From assembly GCA_035651755.1 (NCBI GenBank), contig DASRFA010000057.1, positions 52,054 through 116,053 on the forward strand: DNA of 64,000 nt. Direction: 5' to 3'. Position numbers and translations under genes: made by a program. The notes beneath the pieces are model-generated. The model was not told where the DNA came from, did no database searches, and saw nothing but the letters and a program-made list of their open reading frames with translations. The DNA is from Candidatus Binatia bacterium (GTDB taxonomy: Bacteria; Desulfobacterota; Binatia; UBA12015). Shown one piece after another: positions 59,809-64,000 of the stretch; position 1 is the first letter of the stretch, and each line of letters begins with the position of its first letter.

Positions 59809-61290
59809 GTGAGAACACCCTCGGGATACGAGCGCCTCTCCGTACTCGACAACGTCTTCCTGCTCGCCGAGACGCCCTCGGTGCATATGCACGTCGCCGC
59901 CATTCAGATCTTCGAGGCAGGAGGCGTCCCGAACGTGGATGGCGGCATCCACGCCGAAGAGTTCAAGCGTCGTGTGCGCGCCGTGATTCATCTCTTTCCC
60001 CGTTGTCGCCAACGACTCCGGTGGACCCCCGTGGAACACCATCCGGTGTGGGTCGACCACGACGGCTTCGACCTCGACGATCACGTTCAGATCGCAAGTC
60101 TACCGCGGCCGGGGACGGACGCACAGCTGAAGCTGCTCTGCGCGAGCATCCTGGAGACACAACTCGATCGCGGCCGTCCTCTATGGGAGATCTGGTTGAT
60201 CGAAGGTCTCGCTCGGGACCGATTCGCCATCCTTTGCAAGTTCCACCATTGCATGATCGACGGTGCCGGCGGTGCGGATCTCATGAGCGTTCTTCTGTCG
60301 CCGACTCGCGATCCCCAGACGCCGGAACCGCGGCCTTACGTTCCCAGACCACTGCCATCCTCCTGGAACCTTCTTCGCGACTCGATGAGCCGGCTCGGCG
60401 ACCTTCCGTTCAAGTTCGCCCATGACGTCGCGCGGTTCGCGATGGACACCATCGACATCCGGCACGATCTTGCGATGCGGCTCGTCGCGCTGGGCCGGCT
60501 CGTCGGGTGGGCGATGGAGTCGGCGTCGGACAGCCCGCTCAACGGCATCCTGACGTCGCATCGCCGCTTCGACTGGTTGCGCCTCTCTTTGAGCGACGTC
60601 CGTGCCGTCCGGAGCGCTGCGGGTTGCTCATTGAACGACGTCGTGCTCGCGGTCGTTGCGGGCGCGCTGCGGCGTTTCCTCATACACCGAGGAGACGCGC
60701 CCGCGCTCGACTTCAGGATCTCGGCGCCCGTGAACGTCCGCCGCCCAGGAGACCCGGATTCGTCGGCGAACCGCGTTTCCGCTTGGATCCTGCGGCTACC
60801 TCTCGAGGACGCCGATGCGAAGTCCCGCCTGGCGACGATCCACGACGCGACCCGGACCCTCAAGGAGTCGCGGAGCGCACTGGGTGTGGAGATGATGTTG
60901 GAGGCCGCCGAGTGGTTACCTCCGCGCCTGCTGTCGCTCGGCGTGGGGCTCGCGTCCGGCCCGATGAACATGATCGTCACGAACATCCCGGGGCCGCGGC
61001 TACCGTTGTACATGCTCGGCGCGCGATTGGAGGCGATCTACCCGTTCGTACCGCTGCTGGAGCAGAACGGCCTCGGAATCGCGCTCTTTAGCTACGACGG
61101 ATCCCTGTGCTGGGGCTTCACCGGAAGCTACGAGCTCGTTCCCGACCTTCGGGCGTTCGTCCAGATGGTCCACGATTCGTTCGACGAGCTCGCCGCCGCC
61201 TTCGGCGTGGGGCTGTCCGCGGCAGAGAAGGATGGACCCGAGACGTCCGCCGAGATCTGCGGTTCGTCCGTCGGCGTGGAGGCGCGCTGA
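59809..61290 (+). CDS. Wax ester synthase/diacylglycerol acyltransferase (WS/DGAT) family protein, with a GTG start proposed.
   Basis: The N-terminus ERLSVLDNVFLLAETPSVHMHVAAIQIF; the catalytic HHCMIDGAGG (HHxxxDG) motif; the C-terminal NIPGPRLPLYMLGARLEAIYPFVPL. Confidence 0.75.
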   Translation: MRTPSGYERLSVLDNVFLLAETPSVHMHVAAIQIFEAGGVPNVDGGIHAEEFKRRVRAVIHLFPRCRQRLRWTPVEHHPVWVDHDGFDLDDHVQIASLPRPGTDAQLKLLCASILETQLDRGRPLWEIWLIEGLARDRFAILCKFHHCMIDGAGGADLMSVLLSPTRDPQTPEPRPYVPRPLPSSWNLLRDSMSRLGDLPFKFAHDVARFAMDTIDIRHDLAMRLVALGRLVGWAMESASDSPLNGILTSHRRFDWLRLSLSDVRAVRSAAGCSLNDVVLAVVAGALRRFLIHRGDAPALDFRISAPVNVRRPGDPDSSANRVSAWILRLPLEDADAKSRLATIHDATRTLKESRSALGVEMMLEAAEWLPPRLLSLGVGLASGPMNMIVTNIPGPRLPLYMLGARLEAIYPFVPLLEQNGLGIALFSYDGSLCWGFTGSYELVPDLRAFVQMVHDSFDELAAAFGVGLSAAEKDGPETSAEICGSSVGVEAR

Positions 61291-61554
61291 CGCTGCGCAG
61301 CGCCCTCGGGAGCGGGCTCCCATGGACGCAGCGGGCGGCGCCGACGGCAGCTCAGTCGGAGGTGCGGCTCCGGACCGTGCTCCTCGAGTCACAGAGGACG
61401 CCCCGCGATGTCGGCGAGTGAATCGACGATGGAACGGTCGTGCAGGGCCGAGCGGATGTCTCATGGGTGAATCCTGAACCACGAGGGCATGCATCAAGAT
61501 TGACTTCGCGCACCCGGGGCACCACAGTCGAGGGGTGCTGGCGGGGCCGCGGCG

Positions 61555-64000
61555 ATGAAGGACGGCAAAGCCGGGTTCCCGAGAGCGCGCGGAGCGAAAC
61601 GTTGCTCCGGCGCGAAACTCGGCGTCGCAACCGAGCAGACCAGGGGCCGAGCGCGGTTCCCGATCGTCGGTGTCGGCGCCTCGGCGGGTGGCCTCGAAGC
61701 CTTCAAGAAACTCTTCACCACGATGCCGGCAAACTGCGGGTCGGCTTTCGTGCTCATTCAGCACCTCGACCCGACGCGCCCGAGCCTCACTGCCGAGCTC
61801 GTGGGCACATACACGCCCATGCGCGTGACGGAGGCCGAAGACGGTGTGAGCGTCGAGCCGAACCGCATCTACGTGATCCCGCCGAATAAATACTTGACGA
61901 TTCGCGATCGGGTCTTGCGGCTCACCTCTCCCTCGGCACCGCGCAGCACGCGCATGGCCGTCGACCACTTCTTCCATTCGCTCGCGGAGGCTCAGCACGA
62001 GAACGCGATCGGAATCGTCCTGTCCGGAACCGGGACGGACGGCACGCTCGGGATGAAGGAGATCAAGGCCGCGGGCGGCATGACGATGGCGCAGGCTGTC
62101 GAGACCGCGCAGCACGACGGCATGCCTCGCAGCGCGATCGCCGCCGGCAGCGCGGACTATGTTTTGCCGCCGGAGCGGATGGCGGAGGCGCTGCTCGCCT
62201 ACGTCGGGCATGCCGCGGTCAGCTCGGCGCGGATGGAGACGAAACCCGGAAAATCGACCGATCCCTTGGCCAGCGTCGTGGCGGCGTTGCACACGCGAAT
62301 GAATTTCGACTTCAACGGCTACCGCAGGGCTACCCTGCAGCGCCGCATCCACCGCCGAATGAGCCTGAAGCACGTCGCTGCCATGTCGGATTACGTGGAT
62401 CTGCTCGAGCGGGATCCTGCCGAAGTCACCGCGCTGTTCCACGACTTGCTCATCAGCGTGACGAGCTTCTTCCGCGACCCTGCGGCCTGGCAGACGCTGC
62501 AAGAGCAAACGATCCGGCGGATCGTCGTCGACAAGCCGCGGGACGCTCCAATACGCGTCTGGGTGCCGGCCTGTGCGACGGGCGAAGAAGCTTACTCGAT
62601 CGCGATGGTGTTGATCGAGGAAATCGAAGCGTCCGGGAAGGGACAGCGCCTGCAGGTGTTCGCCTCCGATGTGGATGTACAAGCACTGGAGATCGCTCGC
62701 GCCGGCGTCTACCCGGAAGGAATCGCCGCTCGGATCACACCAGAGAGGTTGTCCAAGTTCTTCGAAGAAGCCGAGCACGGCTTCAAAGTGAAAAAAGAGC
62801 TTCGCGACGCGATCGTCTTTGCGCAGCAGAGCCTAGTGGGAGATCCGCCGTTTTCCAGGCTCGACGTCATCAGCTGCCGCAACTTCCTCATCTATCTCGA
62901 GGCCGGGCTGCAGGAGACGATCCTTACGCTCTTCCATTTCGCCCTGATGGAGGGCGGATGCCTTTTCTTGGGCAGCGCCGAGAGCATCGGGACGCTGGGC
63001 GACCTGTTCGAGGTGGTCTCCAGAAAGTGGCGGATCTACAAGCGGATCGGACCGACGCGCCACGACAGGATCCATCGTTCGCTCGCCACCGGACCATGGT
63101 TCGGCGCGGCTCGTCCAGGCAGGGAGCCGAACGGGGGCCGGCTGGCATCGCTGGCACAGAGACTTCTCGTCGATCGCTACGCACCGGCGTGCGTGATCAT
63201 CGATCGAACCGGCCAGGTGCTCTATTTCCACGGCCAGACGGAGGACTATATCGCACAGCCGGGGGGTGTCCCGACACGCGACCTGATCGCACAGGCGCGG
63301 GGAGCAGTCCGAAGCAAGCTTCGGGGAGCCGTTCGGGAGGCGATGAAGAGAAATCAGCGAGTCGTCGTCACGGGGGTGCACCTGCGTCGCGGAGCCGCAT
63401 CGATGCGCCTGAAGATCGCGGTCGAGCCACTCGACGTCGGCGAGGGCGTGCCGAGCCTTTGGCTGGTGTCGTTCGAACGCGAGGCGGAGGCGATCCCGCA
63501 ACCAGTGGCAGCCGACGGCAAACCGGCCGGGGACGACGAGGCGGTGGTAAACCAGCTCGAAAGCGAGCTCCGGACAACGAAGGACGATCTGCAGCAGACG
63601 ATCGAAGACCTCAGCTCGGCCAACGAAGAACTGATGTCGGTGACCGAGGAGATGCAATCGAGCAACGAAGAGCTCGAAACGTCGAAGGAGGAGCTGCAGT
63701 CGGTGAACGAGGAGTTGACTACTGCCAATGCTCAGCTCGAGAGCAAGATCGGAGAGCTCGAAGCGGCCAACAATGACCTGGACAACCTGCTCACGAGCAC
63801 GAACATCGCCACGCTCTTTTTGGACACAGGCCTCTTCATTCGGGGATTCACGCCAGCGGCGACGCGGCTCTTCAGCCTCATCTCCTCGGATGTCGGGCGC
63901 CGGCTGAGCGACATCGCGCCGAAGGTCTTCGACCCCGCCTTGCTTTCCGACGCTGCTGCGGTCCTCGAGAAGCTGACGTCGCCGAAAACGGAGGTGAAGG
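61555..64000 (+). CDS. Chemotaxis-type CheB methylesterase / CheR methyltransferase fusion signalling protein. It is 3'-partial and runs off the window.
   Basis: The CheB domain FPIVGVGASAGGLEAFKKLF...; the CheR domain LHTRMNFDFNGYRRATLQRRIHRRM...ACATGEEAYSIAMVL; then a heptad coiled coil (LESELRTTKDDLQQTIEDLSSANEELMSVTEEMQSSNEELETSKEELQS) typical of these fusions. Confidence 0.75.
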   Translation, partial: MKDGKAGFPRARGAKRCSGAKLGVATEQTRGRARFPIVGVGASAGGLEAFKKLFTTMPANCGSAFVLIQHLDPTRPSLTAELVGTYTPMRVTEAEDGVSVEPNRIYVIPPNKYLTIRDRVLRLTSPSAPRSTRMAVDHFFHSLAEAQHENAIGIVLSGTGTDGTLGMKEIKAAGGMTMAQAVETAQHDGMPRSAIAAGSADYVLPPERMAEALLAYVGHAAVSSARMETKPGKSTDPLASVVAALHTRMNFDFNGYRRATLQRRIHRRMSLKHVAAMSDYVDLLERDPAEVTALFHDLLISVTSFFRDPAAWQTLQEQTIRRIVVDKPRDAPIRVWVPACATGEEAYSIAMVLIEEIEASGKGQRLQVFASDVDVQALEIARAGVYPEGIAARITPERLSKFFEEAEHGFKVKKELRDAIVFAQQSLVGDPPFSRLDVISCRNFLIYLEAGLQETILTLFHFALMEGGCLFLGSAESIGTLGDLFEVVSRKWRIYKRIGPTRHDRIHRSLATGPWFGAARPGREPNGGRLASLAQRLLVDRYAPACVIIDRTGQVLYFHGQTEDYIAQPGGVPTRDLIAQARGAVRSKLRGAVREAMKRNQRVVVTGVHLRRGAASMRLKIAVEPLDVGEGVPSLWLVSFEREAEAIPQPVAADGKPAGDDEAVVNQLESELRTTKDDLQQTIEDLSSANEELMSVTEEMQSSNEELETSKEELQSVNEELTTANAQLESKIGELEAANNDLDNLLTSTNIATLFLDTGLFIRGFTPAATRLFSLISSDVGRRLSDIAPKVFDPALLSDAAAVLEKLTSPKTEVK

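Overview
This is a high-GC (about 70%) bacterial window, possibly from Myxococcota, with two distinct parts. 1) Positions 1-12.4 kb look like core genome. They hold two MotA/MotB stator pairs, the second in a translationally coupled motA-motB-HDOD-sthA operon. Also present are a lytic transglycosylase, rph-rdgB, a tRNA-Pro/Arg/His cluster, ogt and tRNA-Lys(CUU). 2) Positions 12.4 to about 61 kb look like accessory DNA that appears to have accreted at the 3' end of tRNA-Lys. The evidence is an integrase C-terminal remnant abutting the tRNA and a 36-bp partial tRNA-Lys direct repeat at 32.1 kb. A second, fragmented integrase plus SIR2-like pseudogene lie beyond it, and a third degenerate tRNA fragment sits at 36.03 kb. 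The accessory part carries a glycosyltransferase/ABC-exporter cluster (the ABC gene is frameshifted). It also carries a lipid/wax-ester-type set: a fatty acyl-CoA reductase-like fusion, a double CaiB/BaiF CoA-transferase, two alpha/beta hydrolases and a WS/DGAT acyltransferase. A class-III aminotransferase is coupled to an APH-family kinase. An alcohol dehydrogenase gene is interrupted by an IS5-family remnant. Three DUF1566 paralogs, a Myxococcus-type Cys-rich tandem-repeat protein and a 984-aa secreted multidomain protein are present. A histidine kinase is followed by two tandemly duplicated LuxR-type response regulators. A complete 2.4-kb IS1-family element has 21-bp perfect terminal inverted repeats and an 8-bp target-site duplication, and carries two P63C-motif passenger genes and a G11 tract. 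The window ends with a frameshifted P450, a GH130 plus GT4-fusion operon, and a partial CheB/CheR fusion gene. Many long Arg-rich ORFs in the six-frame track are antisense or high-GC artefacts and were not called.
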